A stretch of 33,714 nt of DNA from Bacillales bacterium UBA5632 (GCA_002421405.1 DIJY01000105.1:1-33714); one strand, 5' to 3'; positions 9,687 to 18,674 are shown, numbered from the stretch's first letter. Made by a program: numbers and translations. Notes: generated from the letters alone by a model not told the origin.

Positions 9687-10126
9687 TGGACGTCAAACGT
9701 AAAACTCGGATTTATTCTCAATATGAAATCAATGTCATTAATTTTTATGCTTCAATGATTTGGTTATTGCCGATTGTTCTTGTTGTTACTTACGTATTTG
9801 AAGTTGATCAATTGCTCAATATTAACCAATTCATCATTTGGCTTGCTATTTCGAATGGCATTATTACACTATTGGGAACCGTTATTTTATTACTAAAAAG
9901 AGATACCATGAAACGCCATGTCAAGGCAGGATATCGCAATGAATTTGTTTATTTGCTTTTCATTTGTGCTTTCGGTTTATTAGGGTTTGCTGTTTTTTAT
10001 GACTACATGGGATTTGATCGACAGTATATTGCGAATGTATTAATTGTATTAGCTGCTTTTTTGGTTTATATTTTATTAAATCTTGGCCGTAAAATCTTTA
10101 AATTTGATTATATGAAAAAGAAATAA
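9683..10126 (+). CDS. Hypothetical membrane protein (about 4 TM segments)
   Basis: 147 aa with four hydrophobic stretches. The start overlaps the upstream stop (ATGATGG). No recognisable motif. Confidence 0.55.
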   Translation: MMDVKRKTRIYSQYEINVINFYASMIWLLPIVLVVTYVFEVDQLLNINQFIIWLAISNGIITLLGTVILLLKRDTMKRHVKAGYRNEFVYLLFICAFGLLGFAVFYDYMGFDRQYIANVLIVLAAFLVYILLNLGRKIFKFDYMKKK

Positions 10127-10152
10127 AGGCTGCGGTTGCAGCCTTATTTGTT
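10127..10152 (+). terminator. GC-rich hairpin, terminator-like, immediately upstream of tcdA
   Basis: AGGCTGC (10127-10133) / GCAGCCT (10138-10144) with a 4-nt loop, then TATTTGTT. It begins directly after the stop codon. Confidence 0.6.
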
Positions 10153-10164
10153 GGGAGTGATTTT

Positions 10165-10857
10165 ATGCGATTTCAACGTCTGGAAGCCCTGATTGGTGCT
10201 GCAAAACTGGATCGTCTTAAACAAAAAACGGTCATGGTTTGTGGTATCGGTGGCGTGGGTTCTTATGCAGCTGAAGCATTGGCGCGAAGTGGTATCGGTC
10301 ATTTGATTTTGATTGATGGTGATGTGGTTGATATAACCAACATCAATCGTCAAATCATCGCTTTAAATTCTACCGTTCATCAACCCAAAGTTGAAGTGAT
10401 GAAGAATCGAATCAATGACATTAATCCTGATGCGATTGTCACGCCCTTAAGAACTGTGATTGACGATTCATCCATTGATATGATTTTGAATTACCGTCCA
10501 GATTTTGTTATTGATGCAATCGATTCAGTCGCTTCAAAGTGTTTATTAATTTCTCGATGCATTCAAAATAATATTCCGATTATTTCATCGATGGGTTTTG
10601 CTTTAAAAATGCACCCTGAAAAGATTCAAATAACAACACTTGCAAAAACCGAAATGGATCCACTAGCAAAAGAAATTCGATACCGATTAAGAAAAGCAGA
10701 TATCACACTGAACTTTCCAGTGGTTTATTCTAATGAATTTCCAAAAGTATCACAAGATGAAATAGTGAAGTTAGGAAGTAGCGCATTTGTTCCCCCTGCG
10801 GCGGGACTCATGCTTGCTTCATATGTTGTAAATCTTTTTGTCGAAGAGGAGAATTAG
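10165..10857 (+). CDS. tcdA: tRNA threonylcarbamoyladenosine dehydratase (ThiF/MoeB-like E1 fold, TcdA/YrvM type)
   Basis: VMVCGIGGVGSYAAEALARSGIGHLILIDGDVVDITNINRQ matches the TcdA/CsdL nucleotide-binding region. 230 aa. GGGAG Shine-Dalgarno. Confidence 0.8.
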   Translation: MRFQRLEALIGAAKLDRLKQKTVMVCGIGGVGSYAAEALARSGIGHLILIDGDVVDITNINRQIIALNSTVHQPKVEVMKNRINDINPDAIVTPLRTVIDDSSIDMILNYRPDFVIDAIDSVASKCLLISRCIQNNIPIISSMGFALKMHPEKIQITTLAKTEMDPLAKEIRYRLRKADITLNFPVVYSNEFPKVSQDEIVKLGSSAFVPPAAGLMLASYVVNLFVEEEN

Positions 10858-10858
10858 A

Positions 10859-11356
10859 ATGAAAAAAATTATTTTAGCAGGTGGATGTTTTTGGGGTGTA
10901 GAAGCCTATTTTTCGCGTGTCAAAGGTGTAGAAACAACTCAAGTTGGCTATACAGACGCTGAAGGTAAAAATCCAACTTATCGCGATGTATGTAATAGTT
11001 CAGGACACGTTGAGGCCGTTTTCCTCACTTATGATGAAACCGTCACGCCCTTAGAAAAAATCTTAGAACATTTCTTTAGAATTATTGATCCTACTGAAAA
11101 TAATCGCCAAGGTCATGACATTGGCGTTCAATATCGTACAGCTATTTTTTATTATGATGAGTCAGATGTTGCAAAAATCAATGAATTTATCGTTCAACTT
11201 CAGAAAAAATACACAAAGAAGATATATACTTATCTTAAGCCAGCTGGTATTTTTTATGATGCTGAAGATTATCATCAAGATTATTTGCTCAAAAATCCAA
11301 CAGGTTATTGCCACATTAATCTTCATCTCTTAAAAAAAGAGGAGGCAAAGGAATAA
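10859..11356 (+). CDS. msrA: Peptide-methionine (S)-S-oxide reductase
   Basis: The GGCFWGVEAYF active-site motif lies near the N-terminus (MKKIILAGGCFWG). GAGGAG Shine-Dalgarno. The start is 1 nt after the tcdA stop. Confidence 0.9.
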   Translation: MKKIILAGGCFWGVEAYFSRVKGVETTQVGYTDAEGKNPTYRDVCNSSGHVEAVFLTYDETVTPLEKILEHFFRIIDPTENNRQGHDIGVQYRTAIFYYDESDVAKINEFIVQLQKKYTKKIYTYLKPAGIFYDAEDYHQDYLLKNPTGYCHINLHLLKKEEAKE

Positions 11357-12274
11357 ATGATGCCACATATAAAAATCCATCCAGAAGTACAAAATGCAAT
11401 TGATAACCATTTGCCCATTGTTGCACTAGAATCGACGATTATTTCTCATGGCATGCCTTATCCTCAAAATATATCAACTGCAAAACAATGTGAAGCAATT
11501 ATTCGTGAAAACGGAGCCGTTCCGGCAACCATCGCAATCATCGATGGCATTATTACAATCGGACTTACCGATAAAGAACTTCATAAAATTGCGATTGATA
11601 CTTCTCATGTATACAAAACATCTCGCCGTGACTTTCCGTATGTCATCAGTCAAAAAAAAGATGGCGCACTCACTGTTTCAGCGACGATGATTGCTGCAAA
11701 ACTTGCCAATATTAAGTTTTTCGCAACCGGCGGAATTGGGGGCGTGCATCGTAACGCTGAAGTCACGATGGATATTTCAGCCGATTTAGAAGAACTTGGA
11801 AAAACCGATGTGACCGTTGTTTGTGCTGGCGCAAAATCGATTCTTGATTTAGGAAAAACGTTAGAATATTTAGAAACCAAAGGTGTACCGGTCATTGGCT
11901 ATCAAACAAAGATATTACCTGCATTTTATACCCGAGAGTCTGATTTTGAAGTCGACTTCCGATTAGATTCACCCAATGCTATCGCTGATTTTATACATTC
12001 AAAAGAGGCACTCGGATTATCTGGCGGAATTCTCATTTGCAATCCGATTCCTGAAGCAAATTCCTTTCCACGAAGAATAATCGACGATGCCATTGATAAA
12101 GCTGTTATTGATATGGAATCATTAGGAATTAAAGGAAAAGAAACGACGCCATTTCTATTAAAACGAATCGTTGAAATAACCGGTGGTAAAAGTTTAGAAG
12201 CAAATATTGCTTTAGTCTATAATAATTGTAAATTGGCTGCACAAATCGCTAAATCATATACTGAAAGGAAATAA
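11357..12274 (+). CDS. psuG: Pseudouridine-5'-phosphate glycosidase
   Basis: Close match along its length to YeiN/IndA family signatures: VALESTIISHGMPYPQN, FATGGIGGVHR, VVCAGAKSILD, TPFLL. It begins directly after the msrA stop. Confidence 0.88.
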   Translation: MMPHIKIHPEVQNAIDNHLPIVALESTIISHGMPYPQNISTAKQCEAIIRENGAVPATIAIIDGIITIGLTDKELHKIAIDTSHVYKTSRRDFPYVISQKKDGALTVSATMIAAKLANIKFFATGGIGGVHRNAEVTMDISADLEELGKTDVTVVCAGAKSILDLGKTLEYLETKGVPVIGYQTKILPAFYTRESDFEVDFRLDSPNAIADFIHSKEALGLSGGILICNPIPEANSFPRRIIDDAIDKAVIDMESLGIKGKETTPFLLKRIVEITGGKSLEANIALVYNNCKLAAQIAKSYTERK

Positions 12275-12278
12275 TACT

Positions 12279-12755
12279 ATGAAGCGAAATAATTATATCT
12301 CTTGGGATACCTATTTCATGGGCGTTGCCTACTTATCTTCTTTGAGATCAAAAGATGATTCGAGCCAAGTCGGCGCTTGCATCGTCAATCAGAAGAACCG
12401 AATCGTTGGGATTGGTTATAATGGTTTGCCAATCGGATGTGAGGATGATGAATTTCCTTGGGAACGGGAAGGCGATTTTTTAAGTACAAAGTATCCGTAT
12501 GTTGTTCATGCCGAGCCCAATGCTATTTTAAATGCAACGGTTCCGCTCGATGGCTCTAAGATTTATGTAACCCTCTTTCCTTGTAATGAATGTGCCAAAT
12601 TGATTATTCAATCCGGCATCAAAGAAATCATCTATTTATGTGATAAATATTTAGGAACGGATACAGATATCGCTTCAAAAAGAATGTTAAAAGCCTCTGG
12701 TGTTTCGACTCGCAAACTTGAAGCATTTAATCTGTCGGTGACTATTAATGAATGA
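12279..12755 (+). CDS. comEB: dCMP deaminase (ComEB-type cytidine/deoxycytidylate deaminase)
   Basis: Zinc-binding motifs HAEPNAI and PCNECAKLI. 158 aa. Confidence 0.87.
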   Translation: MKRNNYISWDTYFMGVAYLSSLRSKDDSSQVGACIVNQKNRIVGIGYNGLPIGCEDDEFPWEREGDFLSTKYPYVVHAEPNAILNATVPLDGSKIYVTLFPCNECAKLIIQSGIKEIIYLCDKYLGTDTDIASKRMLKASGVSTRKLEAFNLSVTINE

Positions 12756-13800
12756 ATTGACTGAAAAAGCCTGGCCCATTGTCAGGTTATTGATTCTTCC
12801 CTATCTCTTTCTCATGTTTTTATTAATTTACCCCATTGAATATTATTTGGACGCACCCGGGGGATTAACGGAAGTTGAAAGTTTAATCGAAATTGATTAT
12901 AACGTTGAAAAAGAAACCTATGGAACCATTTCAACAACTTATATTGTTGCTTTAAACCGCCCAAGTTTTTTTCAATTTATGGTGGGTTATTTTAGCCCCT
13001 ATACCACGATTGACGCTTTGACGGGATCTTATGCAGATTATACCAATGAAGAGATTTCGCAAATCAGTTATTGGGATAAGTATACGTCGGTTGATGCCTC
13101 TATCATCGTTGCTTTTTTAGCTGCTAGTAATGAAAATTCTGAAATTGTCATTGATTATGTTGAAAAAATCTTTGTTTTTGGAAAAGCGACTTATTTATCC
13201 AATTATGATCTGATTTCATTTGGCGATGAATTTATTTCTCTAAATGGCGATAACGGAATTGTTTCATCGCTTGATGAAGTCGCCGCTAATACAGCATTAA
13301 ATGATACCTATGATTTCACATTTAGAAATTCAAAGGGTGAAAACTACATTGTCTCATTGACAAAGGATGCTGAAACCTCTAAATTTGGAATTACGTTTAG
13401 AACCGCATTTATCGTCAACCGTGAAACGACTTTCCCTGAGTATTCAGTGTCGAATTCAAACATAGGCGGACCGAGTGGAGGGTTGTTACAAACCCTCGCC
13501 ATTTACAACATGTTGATTTCGGAAGATATTACGCATGGACTTAAAATCGCAGGTACTGGAACCATTCAGTATGATGGAAGTGTGGGATATATCGGTGGAG
13601 TTAAACAAAAAATCGCTACCGCATATTTAAATAAAGTGGACGTATTCTTTATTCCAAATCTCGATGATAATTATGCTTATGACAACTACCAAGAAGCTTT
13701 AAAAGCATGTGAAGAACTCAATATTGACCCAACCGGTTGGCTTGTACCGGTCGCAACTTTCCAAGATGCGCTCGATTACTTAGAAGGACTCGGTGATTAA
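12748..13800 (+). CDS. SepM/YlbL-like membrane-anchored serine protease (TM + PDZ-like + Lon-type S16 domain)
   Basis: An N-terminal TM segment (IVRLLILPYLFLMFLLIY), a PDZ-like middle segment (GDEFISLNGDNGIVSSLDEV) and a Lon-protease-type catalytic region with GGPSGGL (Ser) and GGVKQK (Lys). It overlaps the comEB end by 8 nt. Confidence 0.75.
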   Translation: MNELTEKAWPIVRLLILPYLFLMFLLIYPIEYYLDAPGGLTEVESLIEIDYNVEKETYGTISTTYIVALNRPSFFQFMVGYFSPYTTIDALTGSYADYTNEEISQISYWDKYTSVDASIIVAFLAASNENSEIVIDYVEKIFVFGKATYLSNYDLISFGDEFISLNGDNGIVSSLDEVAANTALNDTYDFTFRNSKGENYIVSLTKDAETSKFGITFRTAFIVNRETTFPEYSVSNSNIGGPSGGLLQTLAIYNMLISEDITHGLKIAGTGTIQYDGSVGYIGGVKQKIATAYLNKVDVFFIPNLDDNYAYDNYQEALKACEELNIDPTGWLVPVATFQDALDYLEGLGD

Positions 13801-13801
13801 T

Positions 13802-14170
13802 ATGAAAAACTTTTTAAGCAAGTGGGTTGAACTCAAAACCGAATTCGGTTTAAAAGCAATCATCGATTCTTTAATGGCAGGCGTCGTCTATGGGATGTTA
13901 ATATTTGTTCCTGTTTATATTATTTTTGCCGAAATAGCGATGATTTTTATGTATCAACTATATACGATTATCGTCCTAATTGTTTTCAGTGCAATGTTAA
14001 ATGTCTATGTTATCAATAAATTGGCTGCGAAAGCGTTAAAGTTAAAAAAACCAGATGCAACTTCCGATATTAAAATGGTTATGATTTACCATGCATGTTT
14101 TTGGATGTCGATTGTCTTAATCATCGGTTTACTTTTTATCTTTGTTATTATCCCGATTTTATGGGTTTAG
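13802..14170 (+). CDS. Hypothetical polytopic membrane protein
   Basis: 122 aa with three or four hydrophobic segments. ATG 13802 lies 1 nt after the upstream stop, with GGTGA 6 nt upstream. No recognisable motif. Confidence 0.5.
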   Translation: MKNFLSKWVELKTEFGLKAIIDSLMAGVVYGMLIFVPVYIIFAEIAMIFMYQLYTIIVLIVFSAMLNVYVINKLAAKALKLKKPDATSDIKMVMIYHACFWMSIVLIIGLLFIFVIIPILWV

Positions 14171-14183
14171 AAGGAGTTATGTT

Positions 14184-14684
14184 ATGATTTTATACCTTGT
14201 CATTGCGGTGACACTCATTATCATTGATCAGTTAACGAAAGCTTGGGTTGTCACGGCATTTGAAAGTGTAGGCGACACGATTCCAATCATCAATAATTTT
14301 TTTCATTTCACATATGTTAGAAACCCCGGTGCTGTTTTTGGTCTCGGAGGCGACAGTGGTTATAATTATTTAATTTTTATTGGTTTTGGTATCATTGCAA
14401 TTGGTTTATTTTCCTACATGTTCATTACAAACAACTGGAAAGATCGTCGAAAAATAATCTATAACATCAGCCTTGCTTTGCTTGTTGCCGGGACAATGGG
14501 TAATTTTATCGATCGTATTTTCCAACCCGATCATCGTGTGGTCGATTTTCTTGATTTTCGTGGGATCTGGGATTATGTTTTTAATGTGGCGGACATGTGT
14601 TTGACGGTCGGAATTTCGTTATTTATGTTTGACCAATTTATTCTCGATCCAAAAAGGGTGAAGGCTGATGCTAACAGAGTTTGA
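14184..14684 (+). CDS. lspA: Lipoprotein signal peptidase (signal peptidase II)
   Basis: MILYLVIAVTLIIIDQLTKAW N-terminus, plus VRNPGAVFG and FNVADMCLTVG (catalytic Asp regions). AAGGAG Shine-Dalgarno at 14171-14176. The longer ORF from 14142 overlaps the upstream gene. Confidence 0.88.
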   Translation: MILYLVIAVTLIIIDQLTKAWVVTAFESVGDTIPIINNFFHFTYVRNPGAVFGLGGDSGYNYLIFIGFGIIAIGLFSYMFITNNWKDRRKIIYNISLALLVAGTMGNFIDRIFQPDHRVVDFLDFRGIWDYVFNVADMCLTVGISLFMFDQFILDPKRVKADANRV

Positions 14685-15591
14685 GTATGCGATTGAATAT
14701 GTGGTTACTGAAATAGACGAATTATCAAGGATTGATAAATTCGTTTCTTTGATGTTTCCTCAGTATTCACGAACACTCGTTCAAAAAATCATCAAACAAG
14801 AAGCACTCATTGTCAATGGCCAATCTTCTAAGTCAAATTATGTTGTTAGGGTTGGCGACTTAATCCAAATCAGTGAAATACCCTTTGTAGAAATGGATAT
14901 AAAACCAGAATCCTTGGATTTAAATATTGTGTATGAAGACGACGAAGTCTTGGTTGTTGATAAGCCTTCAGGAATGGTGGTTCATCCAGCTCCTGGTAAT
15001 TATGAACATACGTTAGTCAATGGTCTTTTATATCATATCAATCAACTGTCTACAGGATCACATCCATTTAGACCGGGGATTGTTCATCGCATTGATAAAG
15101 ATACAAGTGGTCTCTTAATGGTTGCTAAAAATGATGAAGCTCATCGTATTTTAGCAGAAGAGTTAAAACAGAAAGTGACCAAAAGAGAGTATATTGCATT
15201 AGTAGCCGGTCGAATAAATAATACAACCGGTAAAATTGATGCTCCCATCGGAAGAGATTTTAAGGACCGTAAGAAAATGAAAGTTTCGGATGTTGGTAAA
15301 ATCGCAGTGACTCATTTTTCTGTGCTTGAACGATTTGAAGATGCAACACTTGTGAAATGCATCTTAGAAACGGGCCGAACCCATCAAATTCGCGTTCACA
15401 TGGCGTTTATCGGTCATCCTGTCATTGGTGATCCTGTTTATTCAAAAAAAGGCTCTGACTCGGATTTTGGACAGTATTTACACGCTGCAGTATTAGGGTT
15501 TACTCATCCGGTGACGAAAGCATATATGGAATTTATCTCACCCCTGCCAAAGGATTTTGAAGAGAAATTAATTCAATACCGTAAAAATTAA
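14668..15591 (+). CDS. rluD: RluA-family 23S rRNA pseudouridine synthase (RluD type, with S4 domain)
   Basis: An S4-like N-terminus, HRIDKDTSGLLMVAKND and GRTHQIRVH. It overlaps the lspA end by 17 nt. Confidence 0.9.
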   Translation: MLTEFEYAIEYVVTEIDELSRIDKFVSLMFPQYSRTLVQKIIKQEALIVNGQSSKSNYVVRVGDLIQISEIPFVEMDIKPESLDLNIVYEDDEVLVVDKPSGMVVHPAPGNYEHTLVNGLLYHINQLSTGSHPFRPGIVHRIDKDTSGLLMVAKNDEAHRILAEELKQKVTKREYIALVAGRINNTTGKIDAPIGRDFKDRKKMKVSDVGKIAVTHFSVLERFEDATLVKCILETGRTHQIRVHMAFIGHPVIGDPVYSKKGSDSDFGQYLHAAVLGFTHPVTKAYMEFISPLPKDFEEKLIQYRKN

Positions 15592-15613
15592 CTACATTCG
15601 TGTAGTTTTTTTT
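15590..15613 (+). terminator. Rho-independent terminator after rluD
   Basis: AACTACA (15590-15596) / TGTAGTT (15601-15607) with loop TTCG. The T-run extends to 15613. Confidence 0.8.
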
Positions 15614-15621
15614 AATTTTTA

Positions 15622-15650
15622 TTGATTTTTGTATTTACTTGGAATATAAT
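15622..15650 (+). promoter_or_regulatory. Sigma-A promoter of the TetR-ABC operon
   Basis: TTGATT (15622-15627), a 17-nt spacer, then TATAAT (15645-15650). Confidence 0.7.
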
Positions 15651-15656
15651 AATATC

Positions 15657-15672
15657 GTGACCAGGTGGTCAC
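15657..15672 (+). promoter_or_regulatory. Candidate TetR operator (perfect 7-2-7 inverted repeat)
   Basis: GTGACCA-GG-TGGTCAC, 6 nt downstream of the -10 box and 21 nt upstream of the TetR ATG. Confidence 0.6.
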
Positions 15673-15693
15673 TCATTGAAAAGGGTGAAAAAT

Positions 15694-16290
15694 ATGATTC
15701 AAAATTCGAGTTTAAGTCATCGAATATTAGTCGCTGCACTTCAAGAGTTTGGGACGAAAGGGTACAGTTTGTCGTCAACAAACACGATTGCATTGAAGGC
15801 GGATGTATCAAAAGGAACTGTATTTAAAAAATTCAAGAGTAAAGCTGAGTTATTTTATGCGGTCTATTCGATTGAATTAGATAAGTTCTTATCTGAATAT
15901 CAAACTTTCCAAAAGGTTGTATCAAAAAATGTTTTTGAACAGATTATTGACATAATCATCTGGAAAGGGAACTACACAAGGGATCACCCTGAAGCTGCGA
16001 ATGTCCTGTTAGAAGGAATCGCAAATCCTCCCAAAGAAATAAAGGACAAACTGCTTCAATCGCTGGTCTTACTTCGTGAATTATCGATTTCATCCCTATT
16101 TTCACAGATTAACCGCGACAATTTGCGAGATGACATCTCAAAAGAAACATTTGAACGCACCCTCAATCTCGCAATCGCTGGACTTCAAGCCACCTACATT
16201 AATAAAAATGTGAATTACGAATTATTGAATTCTATAAAAGAAGAATCAATTGAGTTTTTAAAAATCATCATCCGAGGAATGGAGAAATAA
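15694..16290 (+). CDS. TetR/AcrR family transcriptional regulator
   Basis: 198 aa. The N-terminal HTH region ILVAALQEFGTKGYSLSSTNTIALKADVSKGTVFKKFKSKAELF is typical of TetR_N. AAGGGTGA Shine-Dalgarno before ATG 15694. Confidence 0.85.
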   Translation: MIQNSSLSHRILVAALQEFGTKGYSLSSTNTIALKADVSKGTVFKKFKSKAELFYAVYSIELDKFLSEYQTFQKVVSKNVFEQIIDIIIWKGNYTRDHPEAANVLLEGIANPPKEIKDKLLQSLVLLRELSISSLFSQINRDNLRDDISKETFERTLNLAIAGLQATYINKNVNYELLNSIKEESIEFLKIIIRGMEK

Positions 16291-16295
16291 CAACG

Positions 16296-17159
16296 ATGTC
16301 TTATCTATTCGAAGTCAAAGATTTGTGTTTCAAATATCCAAAGCATCACGAGGATACAATAAAATCAATCTCATTTTCAGTGGAAAAAGGTATTATTTTT
16401 GGTCTTTTAGGTCCTTCTGGAGCCGGAAAATCAACCACTCAAAAAATCTTAACAAAATTATTAACCGGCTATAGTGGAAGCATTCTTTATAATGGACAAG
16501 ATTTAAATTCATATAACAAAAGTTACTATGAAAATATCGGTGTTGGTTTTGAAATGCCAGTTCATTTCAATAAACTGACTGCCATGGAAAATTTAGATTA
16601 TTTTGCCGGGCTTTATAAAACAACCCTCAATTACGAAGAACTTCTTCGGAGGGTTGGTTTATATGAGGCGAAAGATCAAATGGTCGGCGAATTTTCTAAG
16701 GGAATGAAAATTCGACTCAATTTTGTCCGTGCGCTTATTAACAATCCTGATGTACTGTTTTTAGATGAACCGACCAATGGGCTAGATCCAAAAAATGCAA
16801 AAGTCATTAAAGACATTATTCACGAATTGAAAGAACAAGGTAAAACAATCTTTATTACCACTCACTTAATGGGTGACGTTGAACAATTATGTGATAAGGT
16901 TGTATTCATTACAAAAGGTAAAATAAGCGACGTATCAACGCCTCGAGAATTAAAACTTAAACATGGAAAAAAAGAGATATATGTAGAATATCTCGATGGG
17001 AATACAAGAAAAAAGGACACTTTTTCTTTACAAAACATCGGAACGGATCAAGCCTTTTTAGATTTAATCAAAAATTACGATGTAGAAACCATTCATAGCG
17101 GTGAAACGTCGATGGAAGATATTTTCATCAAAGTGACGGGTGAAGAGAAGTATGAGTAG
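16296..17159 (+). CDS. ABC transporter ATP-binding protein (exporter type)
   Basis: Walker A GPSGAGKST, a signature-like FSKGMKIRL, Walker B VLFLDEPTNGLD and an H-loop TTH. 287 aa. Confidence 0.9.
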   Translation: MSYLFEVKDLCFKYPKHHEDTIKSISFSVEKGIIFGLLGPSGAGKSTTQKILTKLLTGYSGSILYNGQDLNSYNKSYYENIGVGFEMPVHFNKLTAMENLDYFAGLYKTTLNYEELLRRVGLYEAKDQMVGEFSKGMKIRLNFVRALINNPDVLFLDEPTNGLDPKNAKVIKDIIHELKEQGKTIFITTHLMGDVEQLCDKVVFITKGKISDVSTPRELKLKHGKKEIYVEYLDGNTRKKDTFSLQNIGTDQAFLDLIKNYDVETIHSGETSMEDIFIKVTGEEKYE

Positions 17160-17868
17160 CTTACTCCATCTTGTGAAAGGTGAAATTATCCGTTTGTTTA
17201 AGTATAAAATTGTTTTTTTTGGTATTTTAGTCTCCCTGATCTGGTTATTAGTGATTGGTTTTCAAACCCCAGAACAAGCTCTAGCAATCATACCGCTGAT
17301 GATTGTCACAGACTCAGGACTCATGGCCATTATTTTGATTGGCGCGAGTTTCTATTTTGAAAAACAAGAGAATACTGTCAAATCTTTATTAGTTTCTCCT
17401 GTTTCGCTTGTTCAAGTCATGATAGCAAAAATCTTCTCGGCCATCTTTACTGCTTTTATTTCGCTTGTAATCGTGGTAGGATTTGCAGTGATTTATCATG
17501 AAATCGACGTTCAAATTCTAAAATTATTACTTTTTATGTTTTCAATTGTGATTAGTCATACCGCAATTGGATATATCTTGATTTTGAGAAGCAAAGATTT
17601 TATGTCGATGCTTGTAAAATATGCTGGTCTCATGCTTCTTTTTTATACACCAACATTATTACTCGCATTAGAAATAGTTTCAAATGATTTTGAGATATTA
17701 GCATTCATCTCACCGAGTTATTCAGGAGAATTTCTAATTAAGAGTGCATTTGTTCAATTAGGCACTTTCAAACAAGTCATCGCTTTTGTATACTTGATGG
17801 GTTTAGGCCTTGGCATCTATGGGGGTTATGTTTATACTAAATTTAAGAAAGTCGCTATTGAGGGGTGA
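17152..17868 (+). CDS. ABC-2-type exporter permease subunit 1
   Basis: About 238 aa with six hydrophobic segments. ATG 17152 overlaps the ATPase stop (ATGAGTAG). The position and topology fit an ABC-2 permease. Confidence 0.7.
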   Translation: MSSLLHLVKGEIIRLFKYKIVFFGILVSLIWLLVIGFQTPEQALAIIPLMIVTDSGLMAIILIGASFYFEKQENTVKSLLVSPVSLVQVMIAKIFSAIFTAFISLVIVVGFAVIYHEIDVQILKLLLFMFSIVISHTAIGYILILRSKDFMSMLVKYAGLMLLFYTPTLLLALEIVSNDFEILAFISPSYSGEFLIKSAFVQLGTFKQVIAFVYLMGLGLGIYGGYVYTKFKKVAIEG

Positions 17869-17873
17869 TAACC

Positions 17874-18674
17874 ATGAAAAAATATTTAAGTTTAGTTAAA
17901 TACGAATTTAAAACCATTGTTAAAGACCTCATGAATCTGTTTATTTTGCTTTATCCGGTTTTAATGTTATTTATTTGTGGATTTTTACTTCCAGCAATCG
18001 TTCAAAGAACAAGCCCATCAGATCCGAATGCTCAAGCACTTGTTTTACTCATAGGATTTGTGATGTTGATCTCTATTGGCGGTTTTATGATGGGGGCAAT
18101 GCTCGGCTTTTCTTTTCTCGACAATCGTGATGAGAATACGCTATTAAATATCGCTGCTTCACCTGTCACGGTTTCAGGATATGCAACTTTTAAAATCATC
18201 TATACTTATATCTTAGCAATACTTGGAAATATCTTTATGGTGGGTGGATTAAAATTATTAGCCAGTGAAAGTTATGTTGTCAATTATGGTGGAATTACCG
18301 TTGGACTGCTCGATAATATTACGTATGGGCATATCATTATTTTTGCCTTGGTATCGGGGTTAATCGTCCCCTGTATCGCTTTAGTCTTAGGAGCACTTGC
18401 GAAGAATAAGATTGAAGGATTCGCAATGATTAAAGGTGGCGGATTAATCGTGATGATTCCCATGCTAATTTTGCTAGAGTCATTCCAAGATGCAAAACAA
18501 TATATATTTGGTATTTTTCCTAATTTTTGGCCGATGAAAGCAGTATTAAATCTTGTTTTAGGAACTCAAAATGCAGCAAATATGAACTTTTGGCTTTACA
18601 TGCTCATAGGAGCAATTTATCCAATATTTCTCGGTATTTTAGCTTTAAAAATGTTTATCAAAAAATTAACTTAA
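17874..18674 (+). CDS. ABC-2-type exporter permease subunit 2
   Basis: About 266 aa and polytopic. GAGGGGTGA Shine-Dalgarno before ATG 17874, which lies 5 nt after the permease-1 stop. Confidence 0.7.
   Translation: MKKYLSLVKYEFKTIVKDLMNLFILLYPVLMLFICGFLLPAIVQRTSPSDPNAQALVLLIGFVMLISIGGFMMGAMLGFSFLDNRDENTLLNIAASPVTVSGYATFKIIYTYILAILGNIFMVGGLKLLASESYVVNYGGITVGLLDNITYGHIIIFALVSGLIVPCIALVLGALAKNKIEGFAMIKGGGLIVMIPMLILLESFQDAKQYIFGIFPNFWPMKAVLNLVLGTQNAANMNFWLYMLIGAIYPIFLGILALKMFIKKLT

Noticed and set aside
17213-17220. A T8 tract inside permease 1, considered as a phase-variation switch.
   Set aside because: It encodes Phe-Phe in a hydrophobic helix. A/T homopolymers of this length are common in such AT-rich sequence, and the frame is intact.
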